Below, one piece after another: positions 42,769 to 53,471 of a stretch of 64,000 nucleotides of DNA (positions within the stretch are counted from its first letter, which is position 1; every line of letters starts with the position of its first letter). The notes under the pieces were generated by a model. It did not search any database, was not told where the DNA came from, and saw nothing but the letters and a program-made list of their open reading frames with translations. The stretch is from a virus. Lineage: Duplodnaviria > Caudoviricetes. The translations under genes were made by a program, and so were the position numbers. The DNA lies in the IMG/VR virus record IMGVR_UViG_3300021431_000090, positions 43,086-107,085 of that record; one strand, given 5' to 3'.

Positions 42769-45331
42769 AATCCCCGTTCAGCCGATTTAATACAACATAT
42801 AAACGTCAATGCCTTCTCCGTACCCAATATCGACTAATGTACTTACCATAAGAGCGACAGCTTCTTCGTGAAACTTCTTCGGGTCTTCATTTGAGTCTAG
42901 AATATCCTTCATTTTCTTTGCAAACCCTTCAGGCGTGATAGGTCCGTACTCATCTTTGCCGCCAGGCCACAAATAATCCATGCCAAGTTCCACGATTTCA
43001 TCCCATGTACATTCGCATACATCCCGAAGCATATCCCTCACATAGGATTGTTCAGAACCCATAACGTCGTAGTTAATATAATCTCCAAGAATTTCAAGCG
43101 CTCTTTCTAATGTCATATTCCTAATCCTCATCAATAATTACTTCTTCAAAGACTACGTCCATCACGCTATATTCCCCAGCATAATCCCAAGCTTTCTCCT
43201 GAGCTTCTCGTGCTTTCGTTTCAGTGGTATACACACCGATTATTTCGGCGATATCTAACAGATCAATATCACCTATCCAAGGATCAAACACTCTCGTAAT
43301 TACGTAGACTTTCATTTTTGATTTCCTCATCGACCGCCTTAGCGAATTCCTCTTCCGTCTTTCCCAAATACTTGCAGGTATCTTTTACTATGCCTTGGTA
43401 ATAAGCGTTAATATCTTTCGGATAATGTCCTGCGAGGGATATGTATTTTACGAGATCATCCCATGGTTCCGCGCCATTTTTTAAGCAGTCTCTGCAGTAC
43501 GAAGTTGTCATAGCCCCACAAAGAGATGAACGGCTCCATACCTCTCCAACTTTCCCACATACGTTACATCTACCAATTATCATTCTGACCTCATCTCTTT
43601 TAACGCATCATCAATATCTTTTTGCCATGATTCAAGCACAAACTCCATATCCTTCTTGGTTGATTCCTTGTTCTTGTATTTATCCTGAATCGAGAAGAAA
43701 TGAATAATTCGCAAATAGTCTAAATATGAATTCATATAAATATCTTTTTGCGCGTAGTACGGTCTACGCGTAGTATACACAAGGGTATACGGCATTGATA
43801 ACGAGACAAGCAAAGGCTTTTCATAAATATAGTTATTCTCTATTAATTGCCATGCCTCTGGATTTGTGGAATAAACTAACTTAAATTGTCTGAAGTAGGT
43901 TTTGCATTCGTATCTTGTCTTCACTTTGTAGACAATAGTAGCTATTAAAAACCACACAAGAAGTCCCGTAAGAATAATACCAATTATTATTACTACGGTA
44001 CTCATTTCTGTACTCATTTTAAATCAGACCCTTTCGATTATTCTAGCTCATAAACCCAAATCCCGTTCTTATCTATACGTCCTATAAAATCCGCTCTAAT
44101 ATCAGTGTCAACTACATCAAGATCAAGTGTGTCGATTTGCCCATCATTAAGCATTGCTTCAAAATTTGCGACGGCTTCTTCTTTTGAACTAGCCTCTATG
44201 ATGTAACTACCACGTAGCGTTTCCGTGTATTCCACTTTAAACATACTATTACCACCACATTGCCGGACATATTACAGCCCATATCTTTTCAGCTTCCATG
44301 ACATATTCGCTTTGCTCGGAATCAAGCGAGTCATAATTGTATTCAGGTGAAAGTGCAAACTCAAGACGCTCGATCATCATATCTATCAGTTCAATCTGGC
44401 TGTACATTTTCCCATCGTATTCCCACTTTTCTTCCGTCATATCAATGACCTGCTCTGCTTCCTTTTTGAACATTATTAAATGTTCGTACATCCACATGCG
44501 CCAAGTCGTATCGAGGTCATACGTTTCCCTAGGATCAACGTTGTAAAGGAACTTTGTCGCAAGACACTTAACAGTCCTTTTTAATGGACGAATCCATCCC
44601 TCTGGACGATATTTTCTTTTTAAACCAATTTTGTCGAGGTATAGTCTCATAATCCTCCTGTTACCATGCAATTCCGATTATAAGTCCCGCTGCGCAGCTC
44701 TCTAATATTATTACAAGCAACATAATGCAACGTATAATTATTGGCGCTTGTGTAAAAACCAGAATCCAGATCATAATCATTGATGCCAATATAATAAAAA
44801 ATGCCTCGATCAAAAGACATACTTTCTCAATTGGCCTGCACTCTTCAAATATTTCCTTCAGGATCTCCATCGAAAACCTCCGTTATATTTTCAATTCTAG
44901 CAAAGTCAAACTGAGACTCCTCACATAAGGCATTCCAGATAGAGAAGAGATCGTTTGCCATCTCTTGGAAGCTACCTTCTTCTATCTCTATTTCCGTTTC
45001 ATCCCATACCGGATCTTCTGCGCCGCCGCCAAACTTTAAAAAACTAACATTATACGTATGTAAAGGCATATTTTCTCCTCGCATAATTATTCATTTTAAA
45101 TTGAATCTCTGCTTAAACTTCTCTTTCGCCCTTGCTGCGTAATACTTTTCCTCATTTTCGCTATCGATTGCTGTTAAAACCCCTGCGGCAATCCATGAAA
45201 CAACTAGCCAGACAATTACCAACTCATATACCGATTCCCATCCGCTTGCAATTGATTGGAACATTATCGAAAGTGGAAGAGCCTTGATGAAAATACAGGC
45301 GTTTTTATACTTCGGTTTGTATTTTTCATCA

Positions 45332-45940
45332 TCAATGCTCATCAAATATGACCTGCTCCCCTTTCATTAATTCCCAACATCCGCCAGTTGTCGCAGCACA
45401 CTTGGCGCAATTCCCGCCATATCTTGCACACGGAACTGCAGATGATCTGGCTGTTGTGGAACCATCTCGATATTTTACATGCGCTTCCGGTAATCCATAT
45501 GGGTTGATCATTTCCAAACCTTTCCACCCGCTAAATATCAGGTGAAGATTTTCAGGGATTTGCACACCGCTAGCGATGAGATCATTTACATACTCGTATC
45601 TTTTTGTGAAGCACAGCATCTGGCAGTGCTTATTACGCTCGGCGATCTCAACCATTTTACGAAGGTACTTCTTGTCTGGAATATCACCGGACACATGCCA
45701 ACGAAAAAATCGAGACACCATGATGGCTGCCTCGACTTCTCTGAAGTATTTATCTGGATCACTTTTATATATCGCGTAATTATTTTTGTATGCGTTTCTT
45801 ACATTTGGTCGCAATCGTTCAAGCTTCAGTGCGTAGCACTGTTTTGCACACGGTACATTTCCGCATGTTACAACTGCTGGTAATGAAACGCTTGGGATAA
45901 ATCCCATTTTAGAATTTCCTTTTGAAATAGAAACATTCAT
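45332..45940 (-). CDS. Gp88-like Cys-rich protein
   Basis: GNSK.G, LP...TC...PC...CYA, FRWHVSGD. Confidence 0.65.
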   Translation of the reverse strand: MNVSISKGNSKMGFIPSVSLPAVVTCGNVPCAKQCYALKLERLRPNVRNAYKNNYAIYKSDPDKYFREVEAAIMVSRFFRWHVSGDIPDKKYLRKMVEIAERNKHCQMLCFTKRYEYVNDLIASGVQIPENLHLIFSGWKGLEMINPYGLPEAHVKYRDGSTTARSSAVPCARYGGNCAKCAATTGGCWELMKGEQVIFDEH

Positions 45941-46689
45941 ATAATTCGCTCAATCCTTTCGTAAATACACTCATATTGCGGCGATCCGTACCAATCCCTG
46001 TGATAGTGCCCAAAAATCCAGCGCTTAAAGCTATTGTCTGTTGCTATCTCATTGAAGTACTGAGTCTCAATATCCGGCTTTTTAAAGCCCATTGACGAAG
46101 CAACGAACTGAGGACAACAATGAGTTATAATGAAATCTACTATATTCCTGCATTCGCTAAGTGTTTCCCGCCCACGTTGCATTTCTTCTTCCGACGGGAG
46201 TTCCTCTTTCCACCATGAAACGTGGTTGATACGAAACATTTTCCCTGCGAGATACCATTGTTTGATAGCGTCATAGAACTCCTTCGCGCTTCCGAAATCA
46301 TTGAGGTCAAGAATCCCGTCGCGAATGTCATGACTTTGTGCACCGCCGAAACACCAGAACTTTTTCCCATCAAACTCAAATACATACCCCCGCATCAAAT
46401 GATATACATTAGCCTTAATTTTGTGTGCTTTCCCGCCGTGGAAATCCACTACCTTAAATTCACTGTACAATCTGTCAAAATTTTCATGGTTGCCATCGAC
46501 AAAACAAATTGTGAACTTCTTCCTTGACAACCATTTCAACCACCATTCTTCTTCATTTCCGCCGTTCCAAATACCAAAATCCCCGCAAACGATCACAATG
46601 TCGTCGCGGGTCATTTCTTTTTGATCTGGGAAATTTTTTGTCGAGAATCTATGGTATTCACCGTGGCAATCACCTGTCACATAAACCAA
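45937..46689 (-). CDS. calcineurin-like metallophosphoesterase
   Basis: GDCHG, CGDFG, DGNHEN, THC, FGHYH. Confidence 0.92.
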   Translation of the reverse strand: MVYVTGDCHGEYHRFSTKNFPDQKEMTRDDIVIVCGDFGIWNGGNEEEWWLKWLSRKKFTICFVDGNHENFDRLYSEFKVVDFHGGKAHKIKANVYHLMRGYVFEFDGKKFWCFGGAQSHDIRDGILDLNDFGSAKEFYDAIKQWYLAGKMFRINHVSWWKEELPSEEEMQRGRETLSECRNIVDFIITHCCPQFVASSMGFKKPDIETQYFNEIATDNSFKRWIFGHYHRDWYGSPQYECIYERIERII

Positions 46690-46712
46690 TTACATCCCTC
46701 CCTGACTAAACT

Positions 46713-47152
46713 AAAAGCCTTCTGCATAAAGCAGAAAATATATTTGAAAGTTTGTGTTTTAAAACGACGAGAAACTCGTCTAGAATTAATTGAGAATAAT
46801 CTCAAAAGAAGTTAAATATCAATTTTCCTTAGAGAGTCAAACCTCTATTTATTCTGGAATTATTTACTTGTCGGTTTACGAAATGCCTAACGGTTAGTGA
46901 ATAACGTAGAACGAAGAGCGAATAATGTAGAATGAAGTATGGTTGTTGAAACGCATATCGATCTTCAGAATGGTGGAACACTCAGGTATTATCATGCCTG
47001 AAAAGTCCCTAAATATGTATTCACAAAGCGTATTTTATATTATATAAAATCTGCTTATAAATCCTGCGTATTCGCAAGTGACCAGTTAACGTACTGCCAG
47101 ACGAAAACACCAAACGATCTCATAAATCTTCTGCTTTATGCAGAGGGCTTTT
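46713..47152 (-). ncRNA. candidate structured RNA closed by a 24-bp inverted repeat
   Basis: AAAAGCCTTCTGCATAAAGCAGAA (46713-46736) vs TTCTGCTTTATGCAGAGGGCTTTT (47129-47152), 1 mismatch; no ORF inside. Confidence 0.5.
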
Positions 47153-47166
47153 GCCCTCAAGTGTTA

Positions 47167-47793
47167 TTACGCAATAAACTTTTCTGCGTAATCTGCAATT
47201 ACATCCTCATAATCCTCGTCCACATCAAACGGGGGTGTATAGAATACCTCTGTATTCACCATATACGAATCAATTGTTTCAGAGATCTTATCAGCGTCAG
47301 TTGCAAGCCTGCGAGCCATTGCCTTATCTGCTTTTCGATTAAACAATTCCTCACCGGTTGTCTCAATCGTATATGTATACGGAACTTGATTTCCCTCTAC
47401 ATTAAATCTGTAGCCTGTGCCATTGCTCTTGGATTTCTTCGGCTTATTTTCAAGCATATATTTAAGTGCGCTGACTGCTTTTCTCCTGAATTTATTTGCC
47501 TCGATCTCAGCGTCGACATCCTGCGGTAAGCCGCGCTTTGCATTCCCGATCGCAATGCTAAGCATTTCTTTTTGCTCGATTAGATTTTCAATAAAAGAAA
47601 CCACAATATCATTCTTGATAAACTCATCGACGTCAACTACCTCTTCGATATCCGCATCTTCTGGGTTTACCTCTGACTTCTTGTGCAGTCTTTTTGTTAG
47701 AATGCAGTGTTCAGGTCTAATGATACTGCTGCAAGCTCTCGACATAATCCGATCAAGATAGCTCTGGTATCTAAACGCTTCCTTTAAATTCAT
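47167..47793 (-). CDS. conserved hypothetical protein
   Basis: MNLKEAFRYQ...GY.FN.EGNQ..Y; GGAGG SD. Confidence 0.75.
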   Translation of the reverse strand: MNLKEAFRYQSYLDRIMSRACSSIIRPEHCILTKRLHKKSEVNPEDADIEEVVDVDEFIKNDIVVSFIENLIEQKEMLSIAIGNAKRGLPQDVDAEIEANKFRRKAVSALKYMLENKPKKSKSNGTGYRFNVEGNQVPYTYTIETTGEELFNRKADKAMARRLATDADKISETIDSYMVNTEVFYTPPFDVDEDYEDVIADYAEKFIA

Positions 47794-48244
47794 AAAAATC
47801 CTCCAACGTATATATTAGACGAGTTTATTCGTCGTCTACGATTTCTGTACCATCGCACACCCACGTGTACGATGTATCGCCATCAAGATATACTGTGATA
47901 GATGCCTGCCTAATCATCATATCCTCAATCTTGTTTTTAAACCAATTTATGATGCTTTGATAGTCATAATAGTCACGCAAATCACCAAAAATAGATACAG
48001 TATATCTTGCAAGGATGTTTTCCTCATCGGTTTCCCAAACCGACATCTTAAGCGAGCCTTCCGAGCCAAGCGGGAGATATTTTTCTGGATGATCTTCCGC
48101 ATCATGCCATACTTCTATATCTGAATCAAAGCGGACTTCTTTCCCGAATTCCTTTTCGAAATCCATTTTCCCGAAACTGTCTACTCTTGCTATTGCTGCA
48201 ACGTGAGTCCAAAAAGACATACCAAAAGTCTCCTATTTTTATAT

Positions 48245-48318
48245 TGGCAGAGGCAGTCGGAGTTGAACCGACACCGTGAGAGCCAAAATCTCATGTGCTA
48301 CCGCTACACCATGCCTCG
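48245..48318 (-). tRNA. tRNA-Gln(TTG)
   Basis: Cloverleaf; anticodon arm TGAGA-TTTTGGC-TCTCA; encoded CCA. Confidence 0.9.
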
Positions 48319-48756
48319 ATTATTTGTCCCTAATAATATATGTATTTAGGGACATAGGATCAGAATTCTATTCTAATGAATTGGATGATTCGTCATCTTC
48401 CTCGTCATAAAACTCGTCTTTTATTCTCTTCTCATCACCAAAATATGAGATTCGTATATCGCTAAGCTTGTAGTATTCTATCGTATCAAACGACTCCCAT
48501 GTGCAATCATCAACAAGCTTGAAACCAAGAAGCCACTCACCATATCCGAGATCAATTGCCTCCTCTAAACGCCCGAATTTGTAGTATCCGCCATCCTCAT
48601 ACACTGACTCATCTGGAAATTTTTCTTCCTGTTCATACGGGGTGAATATTTTCCTGTGCACAAGAAACCTGAATATTCTATCCTCCGCGTTGTCTAACAT
48701 AAATGTTTCCAAATCTGTGATTACCATGTGGATTCCTTTCCTTTCTTTTTCTTAAT

Positions 48757-49113
48757 AATCATGTAATCTACATAGGTAGTTTAGCCGCCGGAAGACATCA
48801 CCTTAGGACCGGACCCTGCTAACGAGTTCCTTCGCGTCCGGCTGCTCGCTCAATACAGGGGTTGTTAAGATGCCTCCCCGAGTAGTTTTTGTGTGAAATT
48901 CTTTGGCTTCGTCAGGATATTTCTTCTTCGTGGAGTCACACTCTTGGTGAAAGCCTTGGTTGATCAGCAGTTCTACTCGAGTTCGTAGAGCACGGTGCCC
49001 GCCATCGCTCTCCAGCTGCCTTCGTGAATTCCCCATCTCGTTCACTTATCAAATTATTACTTCTGCGAAACGCTAGAAGCTGCTTCAATAGAAACAAATT
49101 GCATTACATGATT
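48757..49113 (-). ncRNA. retron-like msr/msd ncRNA, cassette 3 (distal)
   Basis: 11-bp closing IR AATCATGTAAT (48757-48767 / 49103-49113); G at 49102; hairpin GCUUCUAGCGUUUCGCAGAAGU then AAUAAUUUGAUAAGU, as in the RT-adjacent copy. Confidence 0.8.
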
Positions 49114-49252
49114 TATTGTTTACGTTTAGTTGGCTCATGCACTGCCGTCGCAGCATCGGAACCAAAACCATTACAACAATGTGAGGGAGGGCACATTGTT
49201 TTTTCTGGCGACAGCATACCTGCCATTCAGCATGATTTGATCCTCACTTACG

Positions 49253-49329
49253 TGGTGCCGCCGGATGGATTCGAACCATCGATCATCCGATTATAAGTCG
49301 GAAGCTCAAACCATCTGAGCTGCGGCGGC
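49253..49329 (-). tRNA. tRNA-Ile(TAT)
   Basis: Cloverleaf; TCCGA-CTTATAA-TCGGA; ends ACCA. Confidence 0.9.
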
Positions 49330-49334
49330 ATTTC

Positions 49335-49556
49335 CCTTGCAATCCGTGCGCCAAAAATAAGCTTGTATTTTTAGGGCGCATGCATTATCCTGCCATTTAG
49401 ACGTAGCCTATTTGCGAGGCTTGCCGGGCGGCTTCCGCCGGGCAAATGAGCAAATAAGCGTACGGATAAATGCAGCTAACATTTTCATCCTTCTGCGAAA
49501 CGCAAGAAGCAGTTGCAAATATGTAAAAGCTTCAGCAACTAATCTACATTGCAAGG
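49335..49556 (-). ncRNA. retron-like msr/msd ncRNA, cassette 2 (distal)
   Basis: 9-bp closing IR CCTTGCAAT (49335-49343 / 49548-49556); G at 49547; hairpin CUUCUUGCGUUUCGCAGAAG; long hairpins in the template region. Confidence 0.72.
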
Positions 49557-49717
49557 TCTACCTGATATATATCAAGCCTTAGGCCTTGTTATATCCTATA
49601 AGTTTATCAAGTTCCCTGGAGATATCCTCGCGCCTCCGAGCGTCGATATCTTTCTGCTTCTTTTTCCTGTGCATAATTCGCCAGAGATGGAACCTCTCTT
49701 TTATTTCAGAAACCAAT

Positions 49718-50020
49718 TCAACTAACCGCATAAAAATCTCCTAAAAAAGCATAGAATTCCTCGTCTGTTCCAAATTGATCATCCGATTCTTGCGCATATA
49801 CAAGCATCTCATCTGTCCACTTCCATTGATGCCCATCTATTTCTAGTTTGTAGAAAGACTCATTTGTGTCGATTGCGGCAACGGTTGTTTCAAGGTCGCT
49901 GTATTGAAGCATACTGCCGACAGCAAGATATGCTCCTATTCCAGAATCCATCTTGTATATTTCCTGATCTTTAAGATCAGGACGAACACGCACAGCATCG
50001 CCAACTCTGAATTTTGCCAT
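49718..50020 (-). CDS. small SH3-like paralog-family protein
   Basis: FRVGD.V.VRPDL...WKWTDEML...DEEFYAFL. Confidence 0.75.
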   Translation of the reverse strand: MAKFRVGDAVRVRPDLKDQEIYKMDSGIGAYLAVGSMLQYSDLETTVAAIDTNESFYKLEIDGHQWKWTDEMLVYAQESDDQFGTDEEFYAFLGDFYAVS

Positions 50021-50033
50021 TATTAATCACCGC

Positions 50034-50312
50034 CTATCCACACATTAACTCATTGAATAAGGTTTCAAATTCCTCGTCCGTTACGTTTACGACTATATCG
50101 TCCGCATATCCCTCGAACATTTCATCTGTCCACCAGTGCCCATCACCTTCGATTTTGTACTTTCTATCAGCACGTGATATAGTTACAACTTTACCGCGAT
50201 ATGAGAGCATTTCTGCAGTTACTATATCAGTGAGGATATTACTAAACATTTTATAGCGGTGATCCCATTGTAAATCCTCACGCACAACTACTTTGTCACC
50301 TACACAATACAT
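50034..50312 (-). CDS. small SH3-like paralog-family protein
   Basis: VGDKV.VREDL...WWTDEMF...DEEFETLF. Confidence 0.75.
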   Translation of the reverse strand: MYCVGDKVVVREDLQWDHRYKMFSNILTDIVTAEMLSYRGKVVTISRADRKYKIEGDGHWWTDEMFEGYADDIVVNVTDEEFETLFNELMCG

Positions 50313-50315
50313 AAT

Positions 50316-50843
50316 CTACCCCTCACATCTCTGTATCGTATACCCGCCGAATTCTACTGGTTTGTCCGATCCGCGAACCTTCTGGAAAATTTCCTTGACT
50401 TTTGCAGCGCCCGCCGTAAAGCATTTGTTTTTCAAGATGATTTTTTGTGCGGACTCCATCGGGAGCTTTACCCCGTTCAATATCACATATACAATCCCAG
50501 CATCTTGTGGGTTATTTTGTCTTGAATCATCGAGAGCCCGCTGGTTATTTTCCTCGGCAGTAACCCATTCAAGATTCGATAAGGAGTTATCTCGTGTGTT
50601 ATGATTGATGTGATCGACTGTGAGCTTCGCATAATTTGGAACAGGTCTCCACGCCTCAAGAACAATCCTATGGACTTTCTTACCTTTGTAGAAAAGATAT
50701 CCATCACTTGCGCATACACGCTGTGGTTCCCCATTAACATCTTTAATATTCCCCATGTTGGAAACATAGATATCAAGCGGTAGATAATACTTCCACCGCT
50801 CAATGCAGATATGTAGCTTTGGCGTAAACCTCCCAAATTTCAT
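50316..50843 (-). CDS. HNH endonuclease (NUMOD4/HNH_3-like)
   Basis: VSN.G, VHR.V..A, VDHIN....DN...NLEWVT..EN. Confidence 0.85.
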   Translation of the reverse strand: MKFGRFTPKLHICIERWKYYLPLDIYVSNMGNIKDVNGEPQRVCASDGYLFYKGKKVHRIVLEAWRPVPNYAKLTVDHINHNTRDNSLSNLEWVTAEENNQRALDDSRQNNPQDAGIVYVILNGVKLPMESAQKIILKNKCFTAGAAKVKEIFQKVRGSDKPVEFGGYTIQRCEG

Positions 50844-51587
50844 GATAGTCCTCCCAGATTATATACTTGTTACACTATTCCTACTTCGTAGATCGATTCA
50901 TCAAGCAATGACTGGATCTTATCTTTCAGCTCATCATAGTTTTTCCCGTAAATAACCGCATCATTAGATCCGACCTCGCAATGCTTGTTATCAAGCCTAA
51001 CGTTACGATCGGACAGGAAATCCTCGAAGATATCAATGATCTGCCCGATAAGTTCCTTGCGATCCACTTGGCTCATATTATTCAACCTCAAAATCAACCA
51101 TGGCAAGCGGGACAATATCCATGTCCCAATTCATATCAGATGCGCTTTCGGCTCCAACGATTTCAAGCAATTCCTTCTGCGCTTTTTCGTTAAGATCATT
51201 GAAGTAAATGTTATATGTGACACACATATTAATCCTCCTCGGTTCCTATAAGCAGCCATTCATCTGTTGTCGCATCATATGGATGCCATTCATAATGTTC
51301 ACGAATCATAACAAACCTCCGATTATTGACGCCATAAATCCCTGGCGCAATTCGTCCAGTACGCCGCTCTCTTGAAATCGGTGTAGCAACCCGGTTTACC
51401 TTCCATTCCACTCTTGAGATGATACTGAGCGGAAGTCAGATATTCCCGCAAAGCATCACCGGAAATCAGATTCATTATTTTGAACCGGATTGACCAGTGT
51501 GGATCAAGATAAAAATCCAAGAAGAACACATCCCAGATTTTATCCCGCAAGCTTGAAAACAATTGTGCTACATTGCTGAATCGCTTC

Positions 51588-51887
51588 TTATTCACAGCGC
51601 ACTCCTATAATCAGCTCCATAAGTTCATCGAATGTGCACGGTTCAAAGTCTTTTTCAATTACAAGTTTGAGTATTGATTCCTCGCAGTCCCAACCCTGTC
51701 CGTCTTTGCAGGTATGATCGCAAGTGTGACCATTTATATCACGACCCCAGTCAACATGAACCCAGTGGCTGTACTCTGTATAGCCCATTACAACACCAAT
51801 ATCACCCTCGACGAGGTGTTCATTACTATCTGGATGATCTTTCAAGAGTATCACCCTGTCCCCGATATTAAATTTTTCCCTATCCAT
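51588..51887 (-). CDS. small SH3-like paralog-family protein
   Basis: IGDRV.L.KDHP..N..L..GD.G.V...GH.C...C..G.GW. Confidence 0.7.
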   Translation of the reverse strand: MDREKFNIGDRVILLKDHPDSNEHLVEGDIGVVMGYTEYSHWVHVDWGRDINGHTCDHTCKDGQGWDCEESILKLVIEKDFEPCTFDELMELIIGVRCE

Positions 51888-52179
51888 TGTGTGACCCTCC
51901 GCAAATAAATGAGAGAAATTCCTCATCAGAACACGCGCTGTCATAATCTTCCTGATCAACCTTCTCTAATGTATCAATTGGAACATTCCAACCATACCCT
52001 GTCTCACATCTCCCATAGCAATCGTGACCGTATATATACATGTCAAAACGCACACCTACCCAGATATCACCGTATATATTGCCAAGATTAACGACTGTTC
52101 CTTCATCTCCAATACCAAGCCGAAAATTACCAGCGGGATGATCTTTGATAAGTCTTACTCTATCATTGATTTCGAGCAT
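51880..52179 (-). CDS. small SH3-like paralog-family protein
   Basis: INDRV.L.KDHP..N..L..GD.G.V...GHDC...C..GYGW...DEEFLSFI. Confidence 0.7.
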   Translation of the reverse strand: MLEINDRVRLIKDHPAGNFRLGIGDEGTVVNLGNIYGDIWVGVRFDMYIYGHDCYGRCETGYGWNVPIDTLEKVDQEDYDSACSDEEFLSFICGGSHNG

Positions 52180-52281
52180 TGTTACACTCCTTGCAATGGT
52201 TTGCTATAACAGCATCGAGCTGTTCTTGCGTTAACTCGTATGGGTATTTCTCTGACAGTAAATACATCATCTCATGTCACC

Positions 52282-53445
52282 TCAAGAACTTAAATCTTCC
52301 TTCATCATCTGCTTAATGCTGCCACATCCCAGCTTCTCGCTAAGATGAGCAACCATCTCATCAATCTTTGATCCCTCCACCATCTTGTAATAGTTATAAA
52401 GACCATTAAGTACTTGAATATCATGCAATTCCCAGCTATTCCCCGTGTTTCTATCTCGCACGTAAGTTGTCAGCATTGCCTGGAAATTCCTTTTATTCTT
52501 ATACCCGATTGTGATCTCATTGTTCGCATTCAGCATTACGCCAAGGTTCCAATTTCTACCAGCGGACGAGCCGTATCTTGTTTTTGCGCTATTAATAGTG
52601 AACGGAGCGTTGAAACTATGCAAAGTCTCTATGATCGCATTTTCCACTTTGCGATAATCAAAATCAAACTTGGATGAGATTAGGAAATCATCTGCATACC
52701 TTGTGTACACATATCTCTGTTTCCCAAAATCTCTAAACATATTTGTAAGCTTGAAGTCCACAGGGATCATCATAATATTTGTGATCAGCGGAGATATCGG
52801 TGTCCCTTGCGGAAGACCTCCGTCTAATATCGCAAGATCAAGTGCATCTTCCAAAGCTTTTTTACCACGCTGAGTCTTTACCACTTCTGAAAACGGGAAC
52901 ACCATCGAAAACATCTGCATGATAAATTCCAGAGTAGTACTTCCGAAGAAGTTATGAAGATCATATTTGCCAAACCATTTGCTCTCGTTTTCCTGATGCC
53001 GTTTGACCGAATCGATGGTGGATCTGTTGCTGATGTACGCAAAAGCTGAAGTATGATACAACGCATTGAAATCATGCTCAAACAGGCTTTTAAGATACCT
53101 GAGTGATGCCATAAGATCATCTTTCGGGGCATTTATTTCGCGCAATCCGCCGGATTTTTTAGGAATGAAGAACTTTTTATAAAATTCGTGTCTGTCTTTG
53201 CTTTTGATTTCCTTTACAATAGCTGAGTCATTGAAATCCTCAAGCTTTTTAACAAGCCCAAGAATTTTATATGCATCGAACCCGAGTCTTCGCATCATGT
53301 ACTCGGTCACACATTCGCGCTCGTATGTACGAGTATTTGTCATATTCTCATTAATAACGGCAGGCCGAGTGCTTGTTTGGAACAAGAACTCTTCCAATGT
53401 CATCTGGTGATACATTGGTGGCTGTTTAACTACGATGTATACCAT
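52282..53445 (-). CDS. retron-type reverse transcriptase
   Basis: IPKKSGGLREI.AP, AFAY...RS, SVKRH (NAxxH position), D..NFF.S, LPQGTPISP, YTRYADD, NLG at the VTG position; no maturase/endonuclease domain. Confidence 0.9.
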   Translation of the reverse strand: MVYIVVKQPPMYHQMTLEEFLFQTSTRPAVINENMTNTRTYERECVTEYMMRRLGFDAYKILGLVKKLEDFNDSAIVKEIKSKDRHEFYKKFFIPKKSGGLREINAPKDDLMASLRYLKSLFEHDFNALYHTSAFAYISNRSTIDSVKRHQENESKWFGKYDLHNFFGSTTLEFIMQMFSMVFPFSEVVKTQRGKKALEDALDLAILDGGLPQGTPISPLITNIMMIPVDFKLTNMFRDFGKQRYVYTRYADDFLISSKFDFDYRKVENAIIETLHSFNAPFTINSAKTRYGSSAGRNWNLGVMLNANNEITIGYKNKRNFQAMLTTYVRDRNTGNSWELHDIQVLNGLYNYYKMVEGSKIDEMVAHLSEKLGCGSIKQMMKEDLSS

Positions 53446-53471
53446 TTAAATTCCTCCCTCTTTAATTATGG

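Noticed and set aside
48803-49045. 80-aa ORF (also 49024-49296, 53377-53637, 53662-53844)
   Set aside because: They lie in or across the ncRNA cassettes or a tRNA, without convincing SD or protein motifs; a peptide cannot be fully excluded
52282-53445. RT as the missing DGR reverse transcriptase for the 532-2223 target
   Set aside because: The motifs are retron-like (LPQGTPISP, YADD, xxKRH) rather than DGR-like (G...SQ), and its adjacent ncRNA has no similarity to the VR
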